A stretch of 13,473 nt of DNA. Source: an uncultured bacterium. Its GTDB lineage: Bacteria > Schekmanbacteria > GWA2-38-11 > J061. The notes beneath the pieces are model-generated. The model was not told the origin of the DNA. It did not search any database and saw only the letters and a list, made by a program, of their open reading frames with translations. The stretch lies in assembly GCA_964549305.1 (NCBI GenBank), contig CAZJVM010000064.1:1-13473 (forward strand), read 5' to 3'. Position numbers and translations under genes: made by a program. Shown in pieces: positions 1 to 8,376 of the stretch (position 1 is the first letter of the stretch; each line of letters starts with the position of its first letter).

Positions 1-68
1 AGACCTTCATAAAGAATAATATTAGGGATAGATAAGAGTGGTGTGTTGTGTTTTAAGGAAGTGGAAAA

Positions 69-1337
69 ATGTTGAAAATATTAAAAAATAAAAGAATGCG
101 CCGGATTGATGTTTTTCCAATTTATGCGGTTGTACTGCTTCTTATAAGTACTGTTGCCGCCTGCGGATTTCTTGGTTTTGAAAAAAAATACGACCTTTCA
201 AAACTTTCGAGAATTGAAAGAATAAGGAATTTTTCTGGACAGGATTACAGTCGTGTTGCCATTGATTTGAACAAGGGCGCAAAATATCGAGTTCACCGTG
301 TAGACAAGTCCGACAGGATTTACATAGATATATATAAATCCTATCTTGACAAAAAACTCATTAAAAAAAGATTTGCTGTGAGAGACGGCATACTGAAGGA
401 TATACGCTCGCTCTATTATAAGCCCACGACAGTGCGAATAATTATGGATGTGGAAGACCTTAACGACTACAAGGTCTTTTCCCTTGAAAACCCTTTCCGC
501 CTGGTTGTTGATTTTACGGGAAAAAGAAGACCTTCTGCCGTCGCCGTGAACAATAAGGCACATTCTTCAAAAACAATTAAAACGACGCCTTCTATTGAGA
601 AAAAGGAGGAGAAGGCAAGTCTATTGAGACAGCTTGGACTTGGTGTCGGTACCATAGTCATAGATGCCGGGCACGGGGGGAAAGACCCCGGTGCCGTGGG
701 AATAAACGGACTTCGTGAAAAGGATGTGGTGCTCGATGTGGCAAAACGGCTGAACAAACTCATTTCGGAAAAATACGGGCTCAATGTGATTATGACGCGC
801 GACAGCGATGTTTTTATTCCTCTTGAAGAGCGTACGGCTATGGCTAATGCGAGAGGCGCGGACCTTTTTGTTTCCATACACGCCAATGCAAGCAGAAATA
901 TAAGAGCAGCGGGTATTGAAACGTATTTTCTCAACCTTACACAGGACCCTTACGCAATCGAAGTTGCGGCGCGTGAAAACAGCGCCTCCACAAAAAATAT
1001 TAGCGACCTTCAGGGAATACTTAAAGACCTTATGAAAAACACGAAGATTAGCGAATCAAACAGTCTCGCGCGAAATATTCAAAACTCGCTTCCAAATCGT
1101 CTTTCGAAAAAATACAGCGGAATAAAAAATCTCGGCGTGAAGAAGGCGCCTTTCTATGTGCTTATAGGGGCAAATATGCCCAGTATCCTTGTGGAAATAT
1201 CATTTATAACTAATCCGAGAGAAGGCAGAAACCTTGCAAGTCCGCTTTACAGGGAAAATATAGCCGTGGGAATATACGAAGGAATATCAAACTATATGAA
1301 CTCTTTGGGAATAAAAAAAGCGGATGCCGGAAAGTGA
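69..1337 (+). CDS. N-acetylmuramoyl-L-alanine amidase (AMIN + Amidase_3, AmiC-like), probable lipoprotein
   Basis: 422 aa. Zn-amidase motifs IDAGHGGKDPGA, EKDV, SIHAN and SILVE; AMIN-like repeats (RVAIDL..RIYIDI; VRIIMDV..PFRLVVDF). Basic N-terminus, hydrophobic stretch and VAA-C32. Purine-rich AAGGAAG upstream; alternative ATG at 96. Confidence 0.93.
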   Translation: MLKILKNKRMRRIDVFPIYAVVLLLISTVAACGFLGFEKKYDLSKLSRIERIRNFSGQDYSRVAIDLNKGAKYRVHRVDKSDRIYIDIYKSYLDKKLIKKRFAVRDGILKDIRSLYYKPTTVRIIMDVEDLNDYKVFSLENPFRLVVDFTGKRRPSAVAVNNKAHSSKTIKTTPSIEKKEEKASLLRQLGLGVGTIVIDAGHGGKDPGAVGINGLREKDVVLDVAKRLNKLISEKYGLNVIMTRDSDVFIPLEERTAMANARGADLFVSIHANASRNIRAAGIETYFLNLTQDPYAIEVAARENSASTKNISDLQGILKDLMKNTKISESNSLARNIQNSLPNRLSKKYSGIKNLGVKKAPFYVLIGANMPSILVEISFITNPREGRNLASPLYRENIAVGIYEGISNYMNSLGIKKADAGK

Positions 1338-1347
1338 TTTTTAGATT

Positions 1348-4005
1348 ATGACAACTCAAAAAATGATTTCACAGCTCAAAGACAAACTTCAAAAAGGCGA
1401 AGAAAAGATTCGTGAAATACATCAGGAAGGAATGCCTCCTGAATCATTGAGCAATGCCATATCCTGCCTCTGGGACGGAATCCTGAGAGATGTATTCATT
1501 TCGGTATCGGAGAAAAACAATTGTCATTCTTTACTCGACTCAGTATCTCTTGTGGCGCTGGGAGGATACGGGCGCGGTACCTTGAGCCCTAAATCAGACC
1601 TCGATGTTATGCTGCTTTTTTTTGATGGAAGCGACCCGCTCATAACCTTTAATCAGGAGGTGCTTCAAATTCTATGGGATATAGGGTTTGACCTCGGATA
1701 CAGCATACGAAGCACAGCTGATTGTGAAGAAATCGCTCAGAATGATTTTAAGTCAATGACATCTCTTCTTGAATCCCGTTTTCTTCTCGGCAATGAAAAA
1801 ATGTTCGCTGATTTTATCTCCCTTTTCAGAAAAAAAATAATAAACAAGCGCGTTGACGCTTTTCTCAGGGAAAAAATACTTGACCGTAACGAGCGTTATG
1901 AGGAGGTAGGAAGAATCGTACAGATGCTTGAACCGGATGTAAAAGAGGGCGCGGGAGGGTTACGCGATGTGCATACAATCTACTGGATAGCAAAGGCGGC
2001 AGGTCAGATAGAGTCCATATTCGAGCTTGATATGATTCCCCTATTCTCAGAGGACGAAAGAAAATCGCTTGTTGATTCTTTTCGCTTTCTCTGGAAGGTG
2101 AGAAACAATCTTCATTATCTTTCATCGGTAAAGAATGACATATTGACCATACAGTATCAGGCACAGATAGCGAAAAATCTTGGCTATAAAGACATTCGCA
2201 ACAAACCGGCGGTTGAACATTTTTTGAAAGATTATTTTTCCTCGGCTAAAACGATTGCTCAGCTATGCACTCTTTTTATAAGAAAAATGGTTAGAGGGAG
2301 AGCTCCGAAAAAAATCAGCGACAAAATCCTCCATCAGAAAAAACTTGCCAACGGACTTGTGCAAATCGACGACAAGCTTTATCTTCCGCGCGCCGGCAAA
2401 ATTCCCGACATTTCATCGATGGAGAAGATTTATGATATTTTTCGTTATGTCCACCGCCACGGCTTTATTATATCCGAGGTGCTGAGAAATCATATTGCCT
2501 CTGTGGTGAAAGGAATAAAGAGCGCAGATAATGACATTAAGAAATCCGCAGACATATTCCTGGAAATTCTTGCGTCAAAAAAGAGAGTAGCAGGACTTCT
2601 GCGTTTGATGAATGAAATGGGAGTAATCGGTAAAACAATTCCCGAATTCAAAGAGCTTGACTGCCTTGTGCAGTTTGACATTTATCATCATTACACAGTA
2701 GATGAGCACACTTTTCTCGCTATTGAAAGGGTGGACAACCTGTTAGCCGGAAAAAAGCGGGAAGACGAGCTTCTTTTCAAAGTTTGCGGAATGATTAAAC
2801 GACTTGACCTGTTGAGACTCTCCGTGCTTCTGCACGATATTGGAAAAGCCGGAGGAAAGGGACATGTTGAAAGAGGCGCGAACATTGTTCCTCATATTCT
2901 TGACCGTTTCAATATGAATGAAGAAGATTCATCACTGGTTTTAAAACTTATTTCAAATCACCTTCTTATGATGCATACGGCGGAAAAAAGAGATTTTTCC
3001 GAAGATACCGTACTCGGCAATTTTGCCGATGCCGTTGAAACGGAAGAAGAATTGAAGATGCTTCTGATACTCACGTATTCCGATGTAAGCTCGGTATCTC
3101 CCCATTCGTGGAATGACTGGAGAAAAGAGCTCATAAAGACTCTTTATATCAGAACGGAAAAATTCTTTGAGAAGGGACTCCATAAGAAGATCGAACTCGA
3201 TGAGGAAAACAAAAGGAAGATGGACAAGATTGTGGAAAAGGTAGTGCAAAAATCAGGCGAAAAAATATCCAAAGAGAATGTTTTGTCCTTTCTTTCAAGC
3301 CTGCCTCAAAGATATTCCTTTTCCACTTTCGCAAGCAGAATTCTAACCCACTATATCCTTCTCGATGAACTTAAAAACGAAAGAAAGGTTTTGACCTGGG
3401 AAGTTCTTCAAAACGAAAAGGCGCGGATAACCGACTTTCTCGTTTGTTTCGAAGGGAAAGTAGGTTCCTTTTCAAAACTTTGCGGTGTCATTTCATCGAA
3501 AGGTGTTGCCATACTCGGCGGACATATATTTACCAATTCCGAAGGTTATGCCGTGGATACTCTTCAATGCACTTATCTTGACGGAAAACCTGTTGAAGAC
3601 AACGCCCTGTGGGTTGAAATAGGCGCGGAACTTGAAGCGGTTTTTTCGAAAAATCTCGATATGAAGACTGTTATCAAGCGAAAAAAAAGATATATAACAG
3701 AAGGGAAATTTGATATAGTAGATGTTGATAACAGTGTAAATACGGATAACGAAGAGTCTGAAACTGACACCATTGTGGAGATTCAGGCAAGAGACCGAAT
3801 CGGGCTTTTGTATGATATTACACAGGTATTTGCTTCGATGAATCTTGATATCCGACTTGCCCGCACTGTTACCGAAGGCGTGAAAGCGGTACTCGTCTTC
3901 TATATTACCGATGGAGCGGGAAAAAAGTTGAAAGATGAAAAAAAAATCGAAGAGCTCAACGCCAGGTTGAATCCACTGCTTGCAAACAGTGAAGAAAAGC
4001 TTTAG
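1348..4005 (+). CDS. glnD: [protein-PII] uridylyltransferase / uridylyl-removing enzyme
   Basis: 885 aa. Nucleotidyltransferase motif ALGGYGRGTLSPKSDLD, EPDVKEGAGGLRDVH, HD-domain motifs HHYTVDEHT and LLHDIGK, and two C-terminal ACT domains (second has ARDRIGLLYDIT). Confidence 0.96.
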   Translation: MTTQKMISQLKDKLQKGEEKIREIHQEGMPPESLSNAISCLWDGILRDVFISVSEKNNCHSLLDSVSLVALGGYGRGTLSPKSDLDVMLLFFDGSDPLITFNQEVLQILWDIGFDLGYSIRSTADCEEIAQNDFKSMTSLLESRFLLGNEKMFADFISLFRKKIINKRVDAFLREKILDRNERYEEVGRIVQMLEPDVKEGAGGLRDVHTIYWIAKAAGQIESIFELDMIPLFSEDERKSLVDSFRFLWKVRNNLHYLSSVKNDILTIQYQAQIAKNLGYKDIRNKPAVEHFLKDYFSSAKTIAQLCTLFIRKMVRGRAPKKISDKILHQKKLANGLVQIDDKLYLPRAGKIPDISSMEKIYDIFRYVHRHGFIISEVLRNHIASVVKGIKSADNDIKKSADIFLEILASKKRVAGLLRLMNEMGVIGKTIPEFKELDCLVQFDIYHHYTVDEHTFLAIERVDNLLAGKKREDELLFKVCGMIKRLDLLRLSVLLHDIGKAGGKGHVERGANIVPHILDRFNMNEEDSSLVLKLISNHLLMMHTAEKRDFSEDTVLGNFADAVETEEELKMLLILTYSDVSSVSPHSWNDWRKELIKTLYIRTEKFFEKGLHKKIELDEENKRKMDKIVEKVVQKSGEKISKENVLSFLSSLPQRYSFSTFASRILTHYILLDELKNERKVLTWEVLQNEKARITDFLVCFEGKVGSFSKLCGVISSKGVAILGGHIFTNSEGYAVDTLQCTYLDGKPVEDNALWVEIGAELEAVFSKNLDMKTVIKRKKRYITEGKFDIVDVDNSVNTDNEESETDTIVEIQARDRIGLLYDITQVFASMNLDIRLARTVTEGVKAVLVFYITDGAGKKLKDEKKIEELNARLNPLLANSEEKL

Positions 4006-4062
4006 AGCAAAACTATTGTAATGAAGTTATTTTTTTAACTGATTAATCCGGAGGCAATTGTT

Positions 4063-4818
4063 ATGTCAGGTCATTCCAAATGGTCAACAATAAAACATAA
4101 GAAAGGCAAGGAAGACGCCAAGCGCGGCAAGCTTTTTACAAAAATTCAAAAGGAAATTATGGTTTCCGCGCGTATGGGAGGCGGAGATATGGATGCAAAT
4201 CCGAGGTTAAGAACTGCGGTAATCGCTGCAAGAGGCGCCAATATGCCCAATGATAATATTCAGCGCGCAATCAAACGCGGTACCGGCGAACTTCCCGGAG
4301 TAACCTATGAACAGGCGGAATATGAAGGATACGGTCCGGGCGGTATTGCAGTCCTTATAGAATGCCTTTCCGACAATAAAAACAGGACAGTTGCCGAACT
4401 TAGAAATCTTTTTTCGAAGCACGGCGGAAATATGGGCGAGGCAGGATGTGTGAGCTGGATGTTCGAGAAAAAGGGCATCATTCACGTTGAAAAGAGTAAG
4501 TCCGATGAGGAAACTCTTATGGAGAAAGCTCTCGATGCAGGCGCTGAAGATATGAGCGCCGAAGACGATATCTATGAAGTTATAACGCTTATGGAAAATT
4601 TCGAAAATGTAAAATCCGCCATAGAAGAAGCATCCATACCGATACAATACGCGGAAATCACAATGGTACCTCAAAATACCGTTAAGGTCGAAGAAGATAA
4701 AGCTCTGAAGGTGTTGAAACTTATGGATGTTATTGAAGACCACGATGATGTTCAGCACGTCTATTCAAACTTCGATATTCCCGATGAAGTTATGGATAAA
4801 CTTCAGGACCAGTTGTAG
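4063..4818 (+). CDS. yebC: YebC/PmpR family protein
   Basis: [53 protein letters not shown] upstream; canonical position before ruvCAB. Confidence 0.97.
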   Translation: MSGHSKWSTIKHKKGKEDAKRGKLFTKIQKEIMVSARMGGGDMDANPRLRTAVIAARGANMPNDNIQRAIKRGTGELPGVTYEQAEYEGYGPGGIAVLIECLSDNKNRTVAELRNLFSKHGGNMGEAGCVSWMFEKKGIIHVEKSKSDEETLMEKALDAGAEDMSAEDDIYEVITLMENFENVKSAIEEASIPIQYAEITMVPQNTVKVEEDKALKVLKLMDVIEDHDDVQHVYSNFDIPDEVMDKLQDQL

Positions 4819-4831
4819 GGATAGTGCCCTG

Positions 4832-5329
4832 ATGAAGGTACTCGGAATAGACCCGGGAACGGTTGTGACGGGAATCGGTGTCGTGGAGGAAAGTGAATCG
4901 GGGCTAAGATGCGTTTACGCCGGTAAAGTCAGGACTTCACAAAAATCAAATTTATCGGTACGTCTCAACAACATTTTCGACGAACTTCAGAAGGTTATTG
5001 CCGAGTATGAACCTGATGAAGGAGCAGTGGAAAATCTTTTCTTCGCGAATGACGCGAAATCTGCTCTAAAACTTGGACATGCCCGTGGAGTCGCCCTGCT
5101 TGCCATTGAAAAGAGCGGTATACCTGTTGCAGAATATATGCCTACAGAGGTAAAGAAAGCGGTGCTCGGATATGGCAGGGGTGACAAAAACCAGATTCAG
5201 CATATGGTCAAACTGATGCTCAACCTGCCCGATAAAAAAATGATTTCCGATATAAGTGATGCCCTTGCTGTTGCCATATGCCATATTCATAACAGGGAAA
5301 CCGAAGAAAAATTAAAAAACGCAAGATAA
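4832..5329 (+). CDS. ruvC: Holliday junction resolvase RuvC
   Basis: Start re-called at ATG 4832 (MKVLGIDPG); motifs AVENLFF, LGHARGV, EVKKAVLGYG, DISDALAVAICH. The ORF-track start at 4727 overlaps yebC. Confidence 0.96.
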   Translation: MKVLGIDPGTVVTGIGVVEESESGLRCVYAGKVRTSQKSNLSVRLNNIFDELQKVIAEYEPDEGAVENLFFANDAKSALKLGHARGVALLAIEKSGIPVAEYMPTEVKKAVLGYGRGDKNQIQHMVKLMLNLPDKKMISDISDALAVAICHIHNRETEEKLKNAR

Positions 5330-5335
5330 GGATAT

Positions 5336-5380
5336 CACCCTCCATTGCATCCTTCCCCTCAACTCACTCAAGGGAGGGAA
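5336..5380. repeat. Degenerate REP-like palindromic intergenic element (CCCTCCC...GGGAGGG type)
   Basis: CACCCTCCATTGCA-TCCTTCCC-(ctcaa ctca ctcaa)-GGGAGGGA-A: 8-bp stem 5350-5357/5372-5379 with one G-U pair; no U-tract. Confidence 0.55.
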
Positions 5381-5420
5381 AGACAGGTATGCGGAAGAGG
5401 ATTAAGATGAGGGCAAAAAA

Positions 5421-6035
5421 GTGATAGGCAGAATAAAGGGAATACTCGAATCGAAAAGACCGAATACCGTGTTAGTAGATGTGCAGGGCATCGGATACAA
5501 TGTTTCCATCCCTCTCTCCACTTTTTACAAACTTCCCGGGGAAGGCGGTGAGGTATGCCTTCAGATTCATACCCACGTAAGGGAGGATACCTTTGAGTTA
5601 TTCGGATTCCTTACGGCTACGGAAAGGTCCCTCTTTAAATCTCTCATAAGCGTATCAAAAATCGGCCCTCGTCTTGCAATAAACATAATGTCAGGCGCGG
5701 AAACTGAAAAGATTGCCGGCGCAATCAGCGAAGGGGATATCATTCTTTTAAATTCCATTCCCGGTATCGGCAGGAAAACCGCCGAGCGCCTTGTCTATGA
5801 GCTAAAGGATAAAATCGCGGGTGTGTTTGCCGCAGATGAGGCAAAGGGTGAAAAAAAGGTTAAGTTGAAATCATCTCTGTCTGACGATGTGGTTTCGGCT
5901 CTTATGAATCTCGGTTATTCGAAAGGAATGGCAGAAAAGGCCGTATCAAAGGCGCGGTCAGAGGGCGCGGAATCTGACTGCGTTGAGAGTCTTCTCAGGG
6001 AGTCATTGAAGTTTCTTGTCAGGCACGGCGAGTAA
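5421..6035 (+). CDS. ruvA: Holliday junction branch migration protein RuvA
   Basis: GTG start. MIGRIKG, DVQGIGY, HTHVRED, LFGF, HhH motifs (VSKIGPRLA, IPGIGRKTAERL) and C-terminal SALMNLGY. Confidence 0.97.
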   Translation: MIGRIKGILESKRPNTVLVDVQGIGYNVSIPLSTFYKLPGEGGEVCLQIHTHVREDTFELFGFLTATERSLFKSLISVSKIGPRLAINIMSGAETEKIAGAISEGDIILLNSIPGIGRKTAERLVYELKDKIAGVFAADEAKGEKKVKLKSSLSDDVVSALMNLGYSKGMAEKAVSKARSEGAESDCVESLLRESLKFLVRHGE

Positions 6036-6119
6036 TCCGCGTTGTTACAATGGAATAAGAGATTTGCCTTTTAACGGATAAAATGGCACTGATAGAGGGA
6101 AATTAAATATAAAAACAGT

Positions 6120-7127
6120 ATGGAACCTGAAGAGATACAGTCAGAAGAAAAGGAATTCGACCTTACGCTTCGCCCTTCCGCCTTTGACGAGTACGTGGGG
6201 CAGGAATCGGTCAAGGAAAACCTCAAAGTTTTCATCGAGGCAGCCAAGGGAAGGGAAGAAGCGCTTGACCATTCACTTTTTTGGGGACCTCCCGGATTGG
6301 GGAAGACCACTCTTGCCTATATAATCGCGCGGGAGATGGGAGTAAATATCCGCGCCACATCAGGGCCCGTTATCGAGAGGCAGGGTGACCTTGTGGCGAT
6401 ATTGACAAATCTCAAGGAGAAGGACGTCCTCTTCATAGATGAAATACATCGTCTGAACCGTACAATCGAAGAAGTGCTTTATCCCGCGATGGAGGATTTC
6501 GAAGTGGATATCGTGATAGGGCAGGGACCCGCGGCACGCTCTATGAAACTTAAGCTTCCCCGATTCACTCTTGTGGGCGCTACAACCCGCGCGGGACTTC
6601 TCACTTCTCCTCTTCGCGGAAGATTCGGAATAAAACACCGCCTGGATTTTTACAATGACGCGGAACTTTCCTGTATCATCAGCCGTTCGGCAAAAATTCT
6701 CGATGTAAGCATTTCGGAAGAGGGTACTTCGGAAATCGCTTCCCGTTCGCGCGGTACGCCGAGAATTGCGAACCGGTTGTTGAGGCGCGTTCGGGATTAC
6801 GCGCAGATTAAGGGCGACGGAACGATAGACGGAAAAATTGCGGAAAATGCCCTCTCAAAGCTTGAAATCGACGAACAGGGTCTTGATAATCTTGACCGCA
6901 AACTTCTTCTTGTAATCATTGAAAAATTCAACGGAGGTCCCGTGGGCATTGGAACGATTTCAGCGGTGCTCAATGAAGAGAAGGATACGATTGAAGATGT
7001 GTACGAACCTTTTCTTATTCAGAAGGGGTTTCTTGAAAGGACTCCGCGCGGGAGAGTTGCCACAAAACTTGCTTACGAACATTTCGGGGCGACTCCGCCT
7101 CCCGAGGGTCAAAACTCTCTCTTCTAA
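6120..7127 (+). CDS. ruvB: Holliday junction branch migration ATPase RuvB
   Basis: [12 protein letters not shown], Walker [10 protein letters not shown], Walker [44 protein letters not shown]. Confidence 0.98.
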   Translation: MEPEEIQSEEKEFDLTLRPSAFDEYVGQESVKENLKVFIEAAKGREEALDHSLFWGPPGLGKTTLAYIIAREMGVNIRATSGPVIERQGDLVAILTNLKEKDVLFIDEIHRLNRTIEEVLYPAMEDFEVDIVIGQGPAARSMKLKLPRFTLVGATTRAGLLTSPLRGRFGIKHRLDFYNDAELSCIISRSAKILDVSISEEGTSEIASRSRGTPRIANRLLRRVRDYAQIKGDGTIDGKIAENALSKLEIDEQGLDNLDRKLLLVIIEKFNGGPVGIGTISAVLNEEKDTIEDVYEPFLIQKGFLERTPRGRVATKLAYEHFGATPPPEGQNSLF

Positions 7128-7261
7128 ATGAGTGTCTGAATTTTCTTTACTGTATTTTTATAATTTTCCCTTTATTCATTCGTATAAATTTTGTAAGTTA
7201 ATATTTTACGAAATGTGTTAAATGATAACCTGCTTCGGGAACATCAGGCAGAGGAGATTAA

Positions 7262-7732
7262 ATGAAAAAGTTTATTGAAAAGTTTTTTCCTTCCAAATCA
7301 GGTGAAAATGCTCGTGGCAAGGAGGTAAAAAGTGTGGGAGTCCACGATACGCGCGTCGCCACCTGCGCAGTCCTTCTTGAAATGGCAAAAATAGACGGAA
7401 ACTTCAGTCCGGAAGAGCAAAGTATGATAATAGAAATGCTCAGGGAGAGTTTCAACCTTGCGGAGAGTGAGGTAAGGGAGATTGTGGATGCCGCGGAAAA
7501 GGAAATTAAGGGCAGTATCGACTATTGGCATTTTGCTGACCTTATAAATAACAGCTATAGCAGAGATGAAAAGAAGGATGTAATTAAAATGGTATGGAAG
7601 GTTGTTTACGCAGATGAAAAACTTGATAAGCACGAGGATTATCTCGTTCATAAACTTGCCGATTTGCTTAAATTAAGCCACGAAGAACTGATTGAAATCA
7701 AGATTGAGGTAAAGAAGTCACGAAAAAGCTAA
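7262..7732 (+). CDS. TerB family (tellurite-resistance TerB-like) protein
   Basis: 156 aa with two TerB-type repeats, LLEMAKIDGNFSPEE and VVYADEKLDKHEDYLVHKLADLL; GAGGAG RBS. Confidence 0.85.
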   Translation: MKKFIEKFFPSKSGENARGKEVKSVGVHDTRVATCAVLLEMAKIDGNFSPEEQSMIIEMLRESFNLAESEVREIVDAAEKEIKGSIDYWHFADLINNSYSRDEKKDVIKMVWKVVYADEKLDKHEDYLVHKLADLLKLSHEELIEIKIEVKKSRKS

Positions 7733-7775
7733 CAGCAGTGATAAAATAAAAATCAGTGTATATTGATTAATTTTC

Positions 7776-7805
7776 TTGCATGTTCACTCCTCTGAAAAGT
7801 ATAAT
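7776..7805 (+). promoter_or_regulatory. Putative sigma70 promoter for the receiver (and possibly cstA)
   Basis: TTGCAT (7776-7781), 18-bp spacer, TATAAT (7800-7805), in AT-rich intergenic DNA. Confidence 0.6.
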
Positions 7806-7890
7806 TTAACCTGTAGATTGTTTCACAGCTCTTATAAATATTTTTGTAATCTCCATAAATGCTTGAGTGATAAATTTAAGGAGGCCTGTT

Positions 7891-8316
7891 ATGAGACTAA
7901 GAGCTGTAATTTTTGACGACGACGACGAGATTCGCAATCTTCTCGTGAAAATTTGTCAACTGCGCGGATATGAAGTCCTTTCCTTTTCCGACCATAACAG
8001 TTGCGCCATTACCCGCGAGCATGCGTGCCTCTGCTCATACAGGGAATCCTGTGTCGATATAATCATCACTGACTTATGTATGCCTGCTTCAACAGGGATA
8101 GAGTTTATCAAAAAACAGAAAGAGAAAGGATGCAAGGTTACGAATATCGCTATAATATCAGGCGACTGGAGCAACGAGGATATCGAAAAAGCGAAAGATT
8201 ACGGATGCACTATTTTCCACAAGCCCTTCAGCGTGGATGAAATTAACCTTTGGCTGAACGAGTGCGAAAAAAAAACAGACCCTTCAAGAGTTCTCTATTC
8301 CTGGACTTCAAATTGA
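7891..8316 (+). CDS. Single-domain response regulator (CheY-like receiver) with Cys-rich insertion
   Basis: AAGGAGG RBS favours ATG 7891 (141 aa). Acidic pocket IFDDD, GYEV, phosphoacceptor DIIITDLCMP, IISG and HKPF. No output domain. Confidence 0.88.
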   Translation: MRLRAVIFDDDDEIRNLLVKICQLRGYEVLSFSDHNSCAITREHACLCSYRESCVDIIITDLCMPASTGIEFIKKQKEKGCKVTNIAIISGDWSNEDIEKAKDYGCTIFHKPFSVDEINLWLNECEKKTDPSRVLYSWTSN

Positions 8317-8376
8317 TTTTTCCTATCCGATTGAGTATCCTTTAATCAATAAATTTTTTCAGGAGATTTGCCCCTC

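Noticed and set aside
1..19. Possible 3' end of an upstream gene (GAC CTT CAT AAA GAA TAA)
   Set aside because: Only five codons visible; cannot be supported or identified.
4727..4831. 35-aa N-terminal extension of RuvC in the ORF track
   Set aside because: Overlaps yebC by 92 nt; the RuvC fold starts at MKVLGIDPG (4832).
4006..6119. LexA/SOS box upstream of yebC or the ruv genes, and a sigma54 site at TGGCAC upstream of ruvB
   Set aside because: No match to the LexA consensus sequences I know, and the TGGCAC lacks the TTGC at the -12 position.
6919..7131. 70-aa alternative-frame ORF within ruvB
   Set aside because: Nested out of frame in a conserved gene, with a TTG start and no motif.
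7229..7255. Small GC-rich hairpin before the TerB RBS (possible riboswitch)
   Set aside because: Only 4-bp stems; no recognisable riboswitch consensus.
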